From sequence record KX397371.1: a DNA stretch of 64,000 nt, one strand, 5' to 3'. This document shows positions 36,656-45,595 of the stretch, piece by piece (the first letter of the stretch is position 1; every line of letters starts with the position of its first letter). Below the pieces are notes generated by a model. The model ran no database searches, was not told where the DNA came from, and was given only the letters and a program-made list of their open reading frames with translations. The translations under genes were made by a program, and so were the position numbers.

Positions 36656-37261
36656 ATGTGCCAATTTCCAGATGTAAACGATATTCTCAACGACCTTGAA
36701 CGGGGTGCGGATGAAGTAGAGTACGCGGAGATTGCCCGCCTGCTTCCGAATGACACTTCCGATTTGTACGAGGTGGTTGAGCCGCGTAACGTGTTGTCGG
36801 TGAAGATTATCCGTGCACAAAGCGCTGGGTTTTCAAAGAACCTGCTCGGTGGGTTGTACGAAGCGATAAGCCGTAACAAACTTATCAGCAGTGCGCAGCT
36901 CAAAGTCGAAGCCACGACGATGCGCATTCGCCGTTACCGTCGTACTGTGCGGGTGCCGGGGGTGTCACTGTATTACAAACCCAACATCTTCCCGGATGAT
37001 AAAGGGCCGATTGAGATTCACCTTGTGTTACGGGACGGGTGGGAAGATACGTGGTTGGCTGTGGAACATGACAAGTTCCCTTGTGCCGACGACGTAACAC
37101 CTAACGAGCCGATGCGTCTGCTGGGAGCCAATGAACTACGCGCCATTTGCAGTGCGTTGATTCCTCGTGAACACCACGCGAAAGTGGTGGCGGATTTAGC
37201 GGTACAGTACGGCTGGCGTCGCGGGGTTCCCGCGGGTAATCAAGTGTGCTTAATCGGATGA
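36656..37261 (+). CDS. Hypothetical protein, paralog of 36021
   Basis: ATG after gagga. FPCADDVTPNEPMRLL and GWRRGVPAGNQVCLIG. Confidence 0.65.
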   Translation: MCQFPDVNDILNDLERGADEVEYAEIARLLPNDTSDLYEVVEPRNVLSVKIIRAQSAGFSKNLLGGLYEAISRNKLISSAQLKVEATTMRIRRYRRTVRVPGVSLYYKPNIFPDDKGPIEIHLVLRDGWEDTWLAVEHDKFPCADDVTPNEPMRLLGANELRAICSALIPREHHAKVVADLAVQYGWRRGVPAGNQVCLIG

Positions 37262-37269
37262 AAAATAAA

Positions 37270-37803
37270 ATGATTGTAAAACAAATGAACAGCGGCGAAG
37301 TCATGTTCAATTACGGCAAAGAATTTCCAGCCGTGCAGAAGTTACCTATCGCCGGGGAATATATCGTCTTTGAGGACGACTATAAACCGGCTGTTATCTT
37401 CAAACATGCCGTGATGGCCGCCTCGCGGGTTTTCCTGCTGGAGTCTATCTTCACCACCAAAAATGAATTGCCCGTTCGTGACCTGCGTGCGTTTTGTCCC
37501 GGTGGGCCAAAGCAATTCGCGGTTATCTTTGTTCTTCCTCTTTCACTTACGGTCGAGGATAGAGAACCATCGGGTTCTATTTGTGCCCCCGATGGCGAGA
37601 ACGGATACAAAGGGATTAGCGATGCGTTGATTTTGACTGATGCGCACCACTTCTCGAATGACGATATTGACAAGTTACTGAAAGGCGCGGATGGCCGTAA
37701 TGTGGCGGTCTGCTATTCCAGTGACGTTTTACGTACAAAAGCGCTTCGTCATCTGGCGGAGCACCACAACTATTGTGTAGCAAAACACATCTATTCATTC
37801 TAA
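37270..37803 (+). CDS. Hypothetical protein
   Basis: ORF fills the gap in the plus-strand block. Start uncertain. Confidence 0.55.
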   Translation: MIVKQMNSGEVMFNYGKEFPAVQKLPIAGEYIVFEDDYKPAVIFKHAVMAASRVFLLESIFTTKNELPVRDLRAFCPGGPKQFAVIFVLPLSLTVEDREPSGSICAPDGENGYKGISDALILTDAHHFSNDDIDKLLKGADGRNVAVCYSSDVLRTKALRHLAEHHNYCVAKHIYSF

Positions 37804-37813
37804 GGAGCAAGAC

Positions 37814-38377
37814 ATGCGCTATGAAGCGTTTCACATCTGCAAACCTTCTACCTTTATTGAGTCACTGAAAGCAATGGAGGGCACCACCCTCGTTGAGATG
37901 CGTCCGACGTTCTACACAGCGACTCGTGAAGGGGCGCAAAAGATTGCCAAGCAGTACGGCAGCGTGACAATCATCCCGGTCACACTCGCTTTGTCACGTC
38001 CGTTCATTAATGCACCGGATGCGTCACGAATCACACTCGACTGGTTCTATGAGTTTCTGCCAGGTTATAAGGTGCTTGCGATCGCAGGTCGTTTTGAGCA
38101 CCTTTTAGTCAACACCAGCCGCTGGCAGGAACTTGAAGCCAGTTATGGGACACCACTCACGCTGTCTTCCCTTTACGATCGAAGCCTTCAGGACTTCCTG
38201 ACGTTACCTTTAGAAATCTGTGCATTAGCCGAAGACGGCGCGATACGGAACATGGTCTCGTCAATGGGGTACGATGGTTTCATCTATGGCGGCAGTGGCG
38301 ATGCAGAAGGGGAAGTGATTTACTATCCCCTGAACACCGCCGGGATTCGCTATGGCAGTGAAGAAATGGTGAGTTAA
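37814..38377 (+). CDS. Possible ADP-ribosyltransferase-fold (ART-PolyVal-like) protein
   Basis: N-terminal FH, FYTAT..A..YG, PVTL.L.RPF and GYDGFIY..EVIYYP resemble the ART-PolyVal pattern. SD aaggag. Confidence 0.4.
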   Translation: MRYEAFHICKPSTFIESLKAMEGTTLVEMRPTFYTATREGAQKIAKQYGSVTIIPVTLALSRPFINAPDASRITLDWFYEFLPGYKVLAIAGRFEHLLVNTSRWQELEASYGTPLTLSSLYDRSLQDFLTLPLEICALAEDGAIRNMVSSMGYDGFIYGGSGDAEGEVIYYPLNTAGIRYGSEEMVS

Positions 38378-38381
38378 GTCG

Positions 38382-38406
38382 CGGGGACGTTGTCCCCGAT
38401 TTTTTA
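38382..38406 (+). terminator. Intrinsic terminator
   Basis: cggggac-gtt-gtccccg followed by atttttt. Confidence 0.75.
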
Positions 38407-38437
38407 CAACAGCAATCTATATTTTTAGGATAACATC

Positions 38438-39010
38438 ATGCTACAAATGCACAGCTATTTTGATACAGCTGAATTGGAACGCCTGCAACGTGAGGGGAAG
38501 CTTCCCGTCGGGCTAACGTTGGGCAGTATTCAGAAATGCATGAGCAAAGGGGACGGGGTATTAATGTTATTCCGTTGTGCACGGTCATGGGACGTGAAAG
38601 CAGCCCTTGTCTCGTTGCCGATCGGTGAAACCAAAAATACCCGCAAGGTGTTGACTGCGTTTTGCTCTGTCAGTGAACTGCCTTCCGAGTCGCTCTATTA
38701 TCACCTCGAGTCCAACCACTTTGCCAGTGCCGAAGTGCATATCCCGTCATCGGCCTGTCTGTCAGATGACTTCCCGGATTGGGTGGTCTACCGTCATGTT
38801 CGTCAAGCGCCGGGTGTGCCTGATGAGATGCGGATTCTGGAACCGGGAATGGTTGATGTGGCGTTGGGGAATCTTGACGACAACGAACGCCCCGAACGCA
38901 TGGAAATCTTTGTGGCCCGTAAAGCCATTAAAGATGTCGGCAACAACATGCGTGGGTTAATTAAGCGCGGGTTCATCACACGCAAGTTCATTTACCAGAT
39001 CTCGCAGTAA
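38438..39010 (+). CDS. Hypothetical protein
   Basis: 190-aa ORF, SD agga. Confidence 0.6.
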   Translation: MLQMHSYFDTAELERLQREGKLPVGLTLGSIQKCMSKGDGVLMLFRCARSWDVKAALVSLPIGETKNTRKVLTAFCSVSELPSESLYYHLESNHFASAEVHIPSSACLSDDFPDWVVYRHVRQAPGVPDEMRILEPGMVDVALGNLDDNERPERMEIFVARKAIKDVGNNMRGLIKRGFITRKFIYQISQ

Positions 39011-39017
39011 AAATAAT

Positions 39018-39042
39018 CTCAGATATATATTACCTAGGTGAG
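39018..39042 (+). promoter_or_regulatory. Putative early phage promoter motif
   Basis: ctcagatatatattacctaggtgag, differing from 35951 at one base. Confidence 0.7.
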
Positions 39043-39096
39043 AGTTAGCTATTAACTCTTGCCTTTCTTTCTTTTTATCACTTACAGGATAACATC

Positions 39097-39561
39097 ATGC
39101 ACGATACAACGATCAACTCTACCCGTAAACTATTGGAACGCCGTAACGATATCGAGGCACATTTCAACAGCTTCAAAGACAAGCTGGGCGACCTGTGGAA
39201 AGTGGTACGTAGCGCAAACGGCGATGTGCGTAAGTATGACGAAACGTCCCCAGAAGTGGAGTTCGCGAGGAACCTGCCAATGACGCTGCGTGTCCAATTC
39301 ATGGACACCTTCGGCGACTGGGCAAACCGTTTCGCCGTTGATGTCATTGGCCAATTCAATTATGAAAAATTTGACATTGACATAGATGGCTGTATTCGTT
39401 CTGATGTGGGTCGTGTGGGTGATAGCGTGTACATTAACTTTACCGAAATCGCAAGCGGCATTTCGGTTCGCATCGAACTGACCTACGTCGAAATCGCGGG
39501 CATGATCGCAGCCGGTTACAACTATAGCATCGAAGCTCCGCTGTTCTTTACTGTTTACTGA
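39097..39561 (+). CDS. Hypothetical protein
   Basis: 154-aa ORF with the same aggataacatcATG leader as 38438. Confidence 0.6.
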   Translation: MHDTTINSTRKLLERRNDIEAHFNSFKDKLGDLWKVVRSANGDVRKYDETSPEVEFARNLPMTLRVQFMDTFGDWANRFAVDVIGQFNYEKFDIDIDGCIRSDVGRVGDSVYINFTEIASGISVRIELTYVEIAGMIAAGYNYSIEAPLFFTVY

Positions 39562-39611
39562 TTCCTTGTGGTGGCCCTCGCGGTCGCCGCATCCTTAACT
39601 TTTTTAAGAGA

Positions 39612-40004
39612 ATGAAAAAAATGCGCAAGCTCCTCTCGACTATCGCGGTTGTATGTTTTGTACTGGCAGGTCTGTCTAAAGTAGTGGAAGCGAACGATAC
39701 CACGTTCGACAAATTCAAGCCCGCGAATGATACCTATCCGATGGCTCCCGACGAACACGCGGAGTTGCTTCGATTTCAAGGAAACATCTACGTGTACAAA
39801 CTGGTGGGTGCAGATGGTAGCTGTCATGGAGTGGCCATTGCAAATGGTGATACCCGCTTCTACCAGCGTCTCGAAGATATCGGCTGTGACCCAGATGTCG
39901 ACCATGTGTCCTTTGCCCCTTCTGAACTAGAAGGGTACCAGATGTTGAACTTCTACAGTAAAACGGTCGCCGTTGGGCGGATCACAATTAAAGCTCAGGA
40001 GTAA
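39612..40004 (+). CDS. Exported protein (Sec signal peptide), 2 Cys in mature part
   Basis: MKKMRKLLSTIAVVCFVLAGLSKVVEA signal-like N-terminus. Confidence 0.6.
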   Translation: MKKMRKLLSTIAVVCFVLAGLSKVVEANDTTFDKFKPANDTYPMAPDEHAELLRFQGNIYVYKLVGADGSCHGVAIANGDTRFYQRLEDIGCDPDVDHVSFAPSELEGYQMLNFYSKTVAVGRITIKAQE

Positions 40005-40008
40005 TATC

Positions 40009-40410
40009 ATGAAAGTTATCCTTACGCTGTTGGTTGCAACCCTGTTTAGTTTTGCCAATCTGTCTTACGCGAACACCAAACCTCGGTATCCCGACCACAT
40101 CACCTACGAAAAGACCAAGGTCTCCTTCTGGTGTCAGCGTGAGGATATCAAAGCCGGTGATTGCGACGTGGTCTCCATGACCCCGGATGAAGAATGGGTG
40201 TCCGTCACCGGCACTCCGGGCACAGCGTGCGAAGATACCCCTATCGGTATCGTGAACCTGCGTACCGGCAAAGCACGCGATATCGATTACGACGGTGGGT
40301 GTAAAACTCAGACCCGTCCGCAGTTTGTACAGATGGCTGATGGCAAGATAGGCTTGCAGGTCGTCGATGTTAAAGCCAATTGGGCAATCACCACTGTTCC
40401 CCTGAACTAA
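40009..40410 (+). CDS. Exported protein with 4 Cys
   Basis: MKVILTLLVATLFSFANLSYA signal, SD aggag, GTACED motif. Confidence 0.65.
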   Translation: MKVILTLLVATLFSFANLSYANTKPRYPDHITYEKTKVSFWCQREDIKAGDCDVVSMTPDEEWVSVTGTPGTACEDTPIGIVNLRTGKARDIDYDGGCKTQTRPQFVQMADGKIGLQVVDVKANWAITTVPLN

Positions 40411-40420
40411 GGAAAGTCAC

Positions 40421-40810
40421 ATGCGCCACGCAGTTGCAGTCATCACCGGTTTCGTTTTCGCTTTAGCCGTTTCGTTTGTCCCTACCGCTTCCGCGTCAAC
40501 GGATATCGGTGCTATCTTGCAGGAGATTCAGTATCAGTACAGCCCGCCGGATTTCGGTGTGTGTGAAAATGGTACCGTGGCGTGTAAAGAAGTCGGCAAA
40601 AAGGACGAGTTCATTCTCGTCCATGCTGACGGTGGCACCCAATGCCCTGCGGGATATTACTTCATCTTGAATTCCAAAGAAGGAATCATTGAGCCGGTCA
40701 TTGCACCGACCTGTGACCCGTCTTTAAAGATTGGTTTCGCACACAGCAGTCGTGCCATCGAACTCGCCTTGTTTGGTAAAGTCTCAGGTACAGTTCCGCT
40801 TGACCGCTAA
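40421..40810 (+). CDS. Exported protein with 4 Cys, probable paralog of 40009
   Basis: MRHAVAVITGFVFALAVSFVPTASA signal, GGTQCPAGYYFILN..TC. Confidence 0.65.
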   Translation: MRHAVAVITGFVFALAVSFVPTASASTDIGAILQEIQYQYSPPDFGVCENGTVACKEVGKKDEFILVHADGGTQCPAGYYFILNSKEGIIEPVIAPTCDPSLKIGFAHSSRAIELALFGKVSGTVPLDR

Positions 40811-40893
40811 CAGTTTGGCCCTGTAACGTTTTCCCCTAAGATGTTATCCTGGTTGCAGGGTCCTTTTTATTCTTGACTATCGAGGTTTATATC

Positions 40894-41439
40894 ATGATTA
40901 CTTCTATTACCACAGCTGTCAATACCGCCCGTCGTTATTTCGAAGTGAAAACCGCGTACAACATTGATCGGTTCCGTTTCCAGTCAATGGTCTCCACTGC
41001 CCACAAACTGCTCACCCTGTCTGATGCGATTCGTCGTGACGGGGATGAGCAGGCGGTGGCGCTGGCAGAGAGTATCAGCCATCACTGGTTTACCAAAACG
41101 CTGGGTTCTAGCCTGTTCGCCGAACACAAGGAAACCTTCCTTGCAGTACAGTCGTGGATTTATGCGTCAGGCCACCAGTTCGATGTGTCACAGAACCAGT
41201 ACGCAACCGATGAGTATTGTCAACATATTCTGGTCTTACCACCTGCTACCTCGACGCCAAAGATTCTGAACATGACCAATTCAGAAATGGCGTTACCGGA
41301 TTTCGTGCGCTCGGAAATGCACAAAAAGGCAAACGGTGTGCTGCAAATTGGCAAGCGTCGTTTACCTATCTTCGATTTTACTCGCCGTGAGTGTGGACCG
41401 TCGTACAATATCGTGAGCGGATATTGGCCGACTGTCTAA
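40894..41439 (+). CDS. Hypothetical protein
   Basis: ATG after gaggt. No motif recognised. Confidence 0.6.
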   Translation: MITSITTAVNTARRYFEVKTAYNIDRFRFQSMVSTAHKLLTLSDAIRRDGDEQAVALAESISHHWFTKTLGSSLFAEHKETFLAVQSWIYASGHQFDVSQNQYATDEYCQHILVLPPATSTPKILNMTNSEMALPDFVRSEMHKKANGVLQIGKRRLPIFDFTRRECGPSYNIVSGYWPTV

Positions 41440-41444
41440 GTCGC

Positions 41445-41478
41445 AGAGGGTGGGGGCTATTGCCCACCCTCTTTTTTT
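41445..41478 (+). terminator. Intrinsic terminator
   Basis: agagggtggg-ggctattg-cccaccctct followed by tttttt. Confidence 0.75.
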
Positions 41479-41497
41479 GCCCAAAAAAGGAACCATT

Positions 41498-42073
41498 ATG
41501 CTTGACCAACAACTGTTAACCGCTTTACGTGTACTGGAGATTCAGGAATCTCTTAACAACGGCACCAGTGCCTTTATGATGGGTTGTTCAAAAGAGACCT
41601 TTGATCGGTTCCGTCAACACCCGACGTTAGGCCCGTGGATGGAGCAGAAGTATCCGCATACGCTGGCCGCGATTGATGCGTACTTCGAAGAACCTGTGGA
41701 AGAACGCAACATCCACGAAGACCCGTTCCGTTATCTGACCAATCACGAAATGCCCGTACGTGTGATGCTCGTCAGTGATACTGAGAATGGCGTGCGTTGT
41801 GAATTCCCTGAATGGGGAGGCGATAAATCCCAAGTGGTTATTATCCGAAACGCAGCAGGTTATCAGAAAGTTGGACCCGCTGGGACTCTTTACGATTTCC
41901 AGAATCCTTCTTCCCCTTACATCGTACCGGTGTTCTTGGGTGATAAGGCACCACTCTATACACATGACCTCGCGGTAATCATGACTCAGGTTACACTGGA
42001 ACTGTTACAGTCCGACGAAGGGGTTGCGTGGAGTAACATTTTAGCGAAGCGTTCTTTAGACGTGAATGCCTGA
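41498..42073 (+). CDS. Hypothetical protein
   Basis: ATG after aagga. The track start at 41450 lies inside the terminator. Confidence 0.6.
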   Translation: MLDQQLLTALRVLEIQESLNNGTSAFMMGCSKETFDRFRQHPTLGPWMEQKYPHTLAAIDAYFEEPVEERNIHEDPFRYLTNHEMPVRVMLVSDTENGVRCEFPEWGGDKSQVVIIRNAAGYQKVGPAGTLYDFQNPSSPYIVPVFLGDKAPLYTHDLAVIMTQVTLELLQSDEGVAWSNILAKRSLDVNA

Positions 42074-42076
42074 CGT

Positions 42077-42110
42077 GGTGGCCTTCGGGCCACCTCTCTT
42101 AATTTTTTTA
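42077..42110 (+). terminator. Hairpin, probable terminator
   Basis: ggtggcc-ttcg-ggccacc followed by tctcttaattttttt. Confidence 0.65.
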
Positions 42111-42163
42111 CGTGAGTATTAATGATTATGAAATAACTACAACTAATTCATTAGGACCTCGCG

Positions 42164-44677
42164 ATGCTGAAGGTTGAGCGCATTATTCTAAAAGGTTTTA
42201 CGGGCATGGGATTGCACGAAATCGAAACTTTTGATTTCACTCTCATGTCCGACGTGACCATTATCTTAGGGGGTAATGGTTGCGGGAAAACAAGTCTGTT
42301 GAATGTCTTCTTCCCGATAGCCCCACCGAAAACCGATTTTGTTGACGGGGGGATGTACACCAATATCGCCCTGTGTGGCGATGACCGTTACGAGTTCAAA
42401 GTGAAACGTGACGGGAACAGTCTGGTTTGCTTTATTAAGAACCTGAGCAAAGATTTAGTGGTGTTGGATCACGCCAATGCCAAAGTGTATAATTCCCGTG
42501 TGTACGAACTGACCGGCATTGATAAAGAAGTCAAAGAACTCATTAACGGCGAATCGTTATTAACGAACGGGAATACCGAACAACGTCGTAAATGGTTCAC
42601 CCGGATGTCCACCTCGGATCTGAACTACGCGCTGGACTTCTACAAGAAGCTGCGCAAGCAAGCCAGTCTGATGAACGGGGCCATTGACCACACGGCGAAA
42701 AAGATAGCGGATTTGCAAGTGCGTGTATTGCACGACGATGAAGAACGCAAACTGCTCAGTGCTCGCTTGGTCGAGATGGAGTCCGAACTCCGTCAGCTTG
42801 ATGATGCCATTGCAATCCTTCCAAACTTTGACGGCTCATCGAACAAAGAGAAAATCGTTGCGTTCCTGAAGAGTCTGGAAAGCCAAGTCGCCAAGGTGTT
42901 GAACGAACGCACCTTACCAACCGATTTGGAAATCAGCGTGGCTGAACAGACCCTCTCCGTGTGGAAAGAGTCTGCTGCATCAGCAGATGCCACGACCGAT
43001 GCGTATAGCCGTGAGTTGTCTATTCTAATGGATGAGGCAACGCGTCAGGAATACCTGATGAAAAACCACAGCGGACTCAAGGAAACGATTGAAAACCAAT
43101 CGGCGGCATTAAATGAAATGGTTAAGCATATCACCGCTTGGCCTGATTTGATTGCCGAAGGGTCTATCACTACGCAAATGCTGTTAAACGCGCAGAACGA
43201 CCTCTCTCAGTGGTCTTACTCTTTATCCGGGTCGTTGGATGAAATTATTCATCCGTCACGTTTGCGTGAGGCTGAGGGCCGTTTAACGGAGCATGACGCG
43301 ATCTCTGCGGATTTGCGTGAGCAACTCCAGCGGGCGGAGAATGTGTTGCGTGGACTAGAGCATGACCGTACGCATTTTCTCGACACGCAGGAAGTCGCCT
43401 GTCCCCGTTGCACGCACGTCTTTCGTCCCGGTGTCAATGACAGCTTAGAGAATATCGAAGCGGCCATTGGACGTGAAGTCGGTGTATGTAAAGCGCTGCG
43501 GGAAAGGATTGCGACACACCAATCAACGCGCGGTGACATTGAAACGGATGTGATGGCAAAACGTCGTATCCGTGACATTATCATGACGTACACGAAAGAC
43601 CCGGTTGTGGGGTTGTTCTTCAAGCGGTTGATTGAAGAAGAAGTCTTCACCGTGAACCGTGACCGTTATGCGATGTTGTCCGTCCAGTTCTTTGACGAAC
43701 TGAAACAGGCGATTGAATACCGTCGGGTGTTTGAAGACTTGGTGAAGTCCAAGAAGGATTGGGATGAAGCGGTCAACGCGGTGGGGAACATCGACGGGGC
43801 ACTGAACTCAAAGATTGACCGTATTCGTGCACTCTTAGCAGAGTCCTCTCAGAAGCGCTCAGATGCGCAACGCGAGGTTGTGAAGTGGCGTGAAGAGTTA
43901 CACCGTTTGAACGATGTACGCACGACAGTGGAGTTCCTGAGCCGCGCATTTACGGTTCTCGACACCATGATTGAAACCTCAACCACCAACGTGATGGTAA
44001 ACTGCTTACAAACCAAACGACAATCGTTGCTGGACACGTACTCTGTGGCCCGTGATCGTTTCCGTCAGATGGACAGTGAGTTGAACGTGCTGGCGTCGTT
44101 GGAGGCTGAGCAGAAAGAACTGCAACACCGACAGAAAAACATTCGTCTCATGATTACCGCGTGGTCACCAGAGAAGGGTGTGCTGAAAAAGTACATCTAC
44201 AACTCGATCGTGCGCATCACGGAGATGATGAACCGTTATATCGGGGCAGTGTGGCAGTACCCGATGAACGTTCTGCCGTGTGATGTCAGTGAAGGCGATT
44301 TGGATTACACGTTCCCGTACACGCTAAAAAACAACCCGGACCCTGTGGTGGATGTCATTAAAGGCTCCAAGGCACAGAAGAACATCTTTAACCTGAGCTA
44401 CCGCTTGACCGCCTACAAAGGGCTGAACTTACGTCAGTATCCTTTGCTATTGGACGAGCCGTCAGAAGGGATGGATGAAGAACACAAGCAAGCACTCGTG
44501 GCCTTTATCAAGATGTTGGCTGAATCGGGGGAATTCTCTCAGGTGATTGTGGTCTCCCACGAGCCAGAGGTGCATTCCAAGTTGAACGAAGCGACGTACT
44601 GTGTTGTTGAACCAACGGGTGTGACGTTACCCCCGGTTTACAACGTGGGCGTGAAAATCAAATACGCAGGCCAGTAA
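42164..44677 (+). CDS. sbcC: SbcC/Rad50-like SMC ATPase
   Basis: Walker A GGNGCGKTS, long coiled coils, Zn-hook CPRC, signature-like GSKAQ, Walker B LLLDEP, H-loop VSHE. Confidence 0.92.
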   Translation: MLKVERIILKGFTGMGLHEIETFDFTLMSDVTIILGGNGCGKTSLLNVFFPIAPPKTDFVDGGMYTNIALCGDDRYEFKVKRDGNSLVCFIKNLSKDLVVLDHANAKVYNSRVYELTGIDKEVKELINGESLLTNGNTEQRRKWFTRMSTSDLNYALDFYKKLRKQASLMNGAIDHTAKKIADLQVRVLHDDEERKLLSARLVEMESELRQLDDAIAILPNFDGSSNKEKIVAFLKSLESQVAKVLNERTLPTDLEISVAEQTLSVWKESAASADATTDAYSRELSILMDEATRQEYLMKNHSGLKETIENQSAALNEMVKHITAWPDLIAEGSITTQMLLNAQNDLSQWSYSLSGSLDEIIHPSRLREAEGRLTEHDAISADLREQLQRAENVLRGLEHDRTHFLDTQEVACPRCTHVFRPGVNDSLENIEAAIGREVGVCKALRERIATHQSTRGDIETDVMAKRRIRDIIMTYTKDPVVGLFFKRLIEEEVFTVNRDRYAMLSVQFFDELKQAIEYRRVFEDLVKSKKDWDEAVNAVGNIDGALNSKIDRIRALLAESSQKRSDAQREVVKWREELHRLNDVRTTVEFLSRAFTVLDTMIETSTTNVMVNCLQTKRQSLLDTYSVARDRFRQMDSELNVLASLEAEQKELQHRQKNIRLMITAWSPEKGVLKKYIYNSIVRITEMMNRYIGAVWQYPMNVLPCDVSEGDLDYTFPYTLKNNPDPVVDVIKGSKAQKNIFNLSYRLTAYKGLNLRQYPLLLDEPSEGMDEEHKQALVAFIKMLAESGEFSQVIVVSHEPEVHSKLNEATYCVVEPTGVTLPPVYNVGVKIKYAGQ

Positions 44678-44850
44678 TGTACAATGCAGCGGTATCGATA
44701 GTAGGTTGGGTTCTGACGGTGTTATACATCGTCTTTGGGGCAGGGTGGGCGGTCGGTATCGCGACCGCTTCACTGTTCATGATTGCATGGCCAATGCCGT
44801 TGCGGTTTGCTAAGCGGGTAAAAGCAAAGTACAAAGGGGGTAGGTCATGA
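44677..44850 (+). CDS. 57-aa membrane protein (not in track)
   Basis: MYNAAVSIVGWVLTVLYIVFGAGWAVGIATASLFMIAWPMPLRFAKRVKAKYKGGRS*. TAATG overlap with the sbcC stop. Confidence 0.55.
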   Translation: MYNAAVSIVGWVLTVLYIVFGAGWAVGIATASLFMIAWPMPLRFAKRVKAKYKGGRS

Positions 44851-44954
44851 TCTTCGATGTGTTGTTTACGTTAGGTTGTTTGTATCTTGTTGCACGTTCC
44901 CTGAACTGGGTGCTGAAACGTGCTAAATTTAAAGGAGCCTTTGATGAAATATAA
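44847..44954 (+). CDS. 35-aa membrane peptide (not in track)
   Basis: MIFDVLFTLGCLYLVARSLNWVLKRAKFKGAFDEI*. ATGA overlap, SD-like gggggtagg. Confidence 0.5.
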   Translation: MIFDVLFTLGCLYLVARSLNWVLKRAKFKGAFDEI

Positions 44955-45141
44955 AAAGCCGATGTGTGAACACACCATCACCTGGTGGGATGGTTTGTGC
45001 ATCGCCGTGATGTTGTCGATAGTCCTTTTTTTGAAGTGGGACTGGTTTACGATATTTATCGTTGCCCTTGACATGTTTGTGCTGGGCATGCGCTTTGGGC
45101 GCAACACGTCGTACTTTAAACCGCTTCTGTTCTGGCGGTAA
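44944..45141 (+). CDS. 65-aa two-helix membrane protein
   Basis: ATG after aaggag. WWDGLCIAVMLSIVLFLKWDWFTIFIVALDMFVLG. Confidence 0.55.
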   Translation: MKYKKPMCEHTITWWDGLCIAVMLSIVLFLKWDWFTIFIVALDMFVLGMRFGRNTSYFKPLLFWR

Positions 45142-45146
45142 CTATA

Positions 45147-45254
45147 ATGACTAAGATCTTCAAAGGTCTACTTTGCTCCATTCTTTACTTCGTTACTGGT
45201 ACATGCGCATTCGCCTTTGGGGCGGTGTATTCCTTGTGCATGGGATTGTTCTGA
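45147..45254 (+). CDS. 35-aa hydrophobic peptide (not in track)
   Basis: MTKIFKGLLCSILYFVTGTCAFAFGAVYSLCMGLF*. No clear SD. Confidence 0.4.
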   Translation: MTKIFKGLLCSILYFVTGTCAFAFGAVYSLCMGLF

Positions 45255-45268
45255 TATAGGACCAATTC

Positions 45269-45520
45269 ATGAAAAAAGAAAATCCATCTGAGAATGATGA
45301 CATCGAGGACAGAGTGCGGAAGATAGTAGTAATCGGTCTGGGGATGACCGGTATCTCTACTGCACGCTCTATCGACGATTTTGCTCAGGAAGTAAAATTA
45401 GAGAATGTGAAGTTGGAGCGGCGTTTCGGGGAAGACTGGCGGGGAAACCAGACGAGCCACGAACGGCATGTGGGGAAGCATGCCGCAAAAACGCGACTTT
45501 GGAAAAGTCAACGACGATAA
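45269..45520 (+). CDS. Small protein with an isolated Rossmann GxGxxG motif
   Basis: KIVVIGLGMTGISTARSI. SD agga. Too short for a full Rossmann domain. Confidence 0.55.
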   Translation: MKKENPSENDDIEDRVRKIVVIGLGMTGISTARSIDDFAQEVKLENVKLERRFGEDWRGNQTSHERHVGKHAAKTRLWKSQRR

Positions 45521-45595
45521 TAGCAACCATGCTATGCGTACTACGCAACCGATTTCACTAACCGTCTTTTAGGCGGTCTCACTCAGGATAATAAG

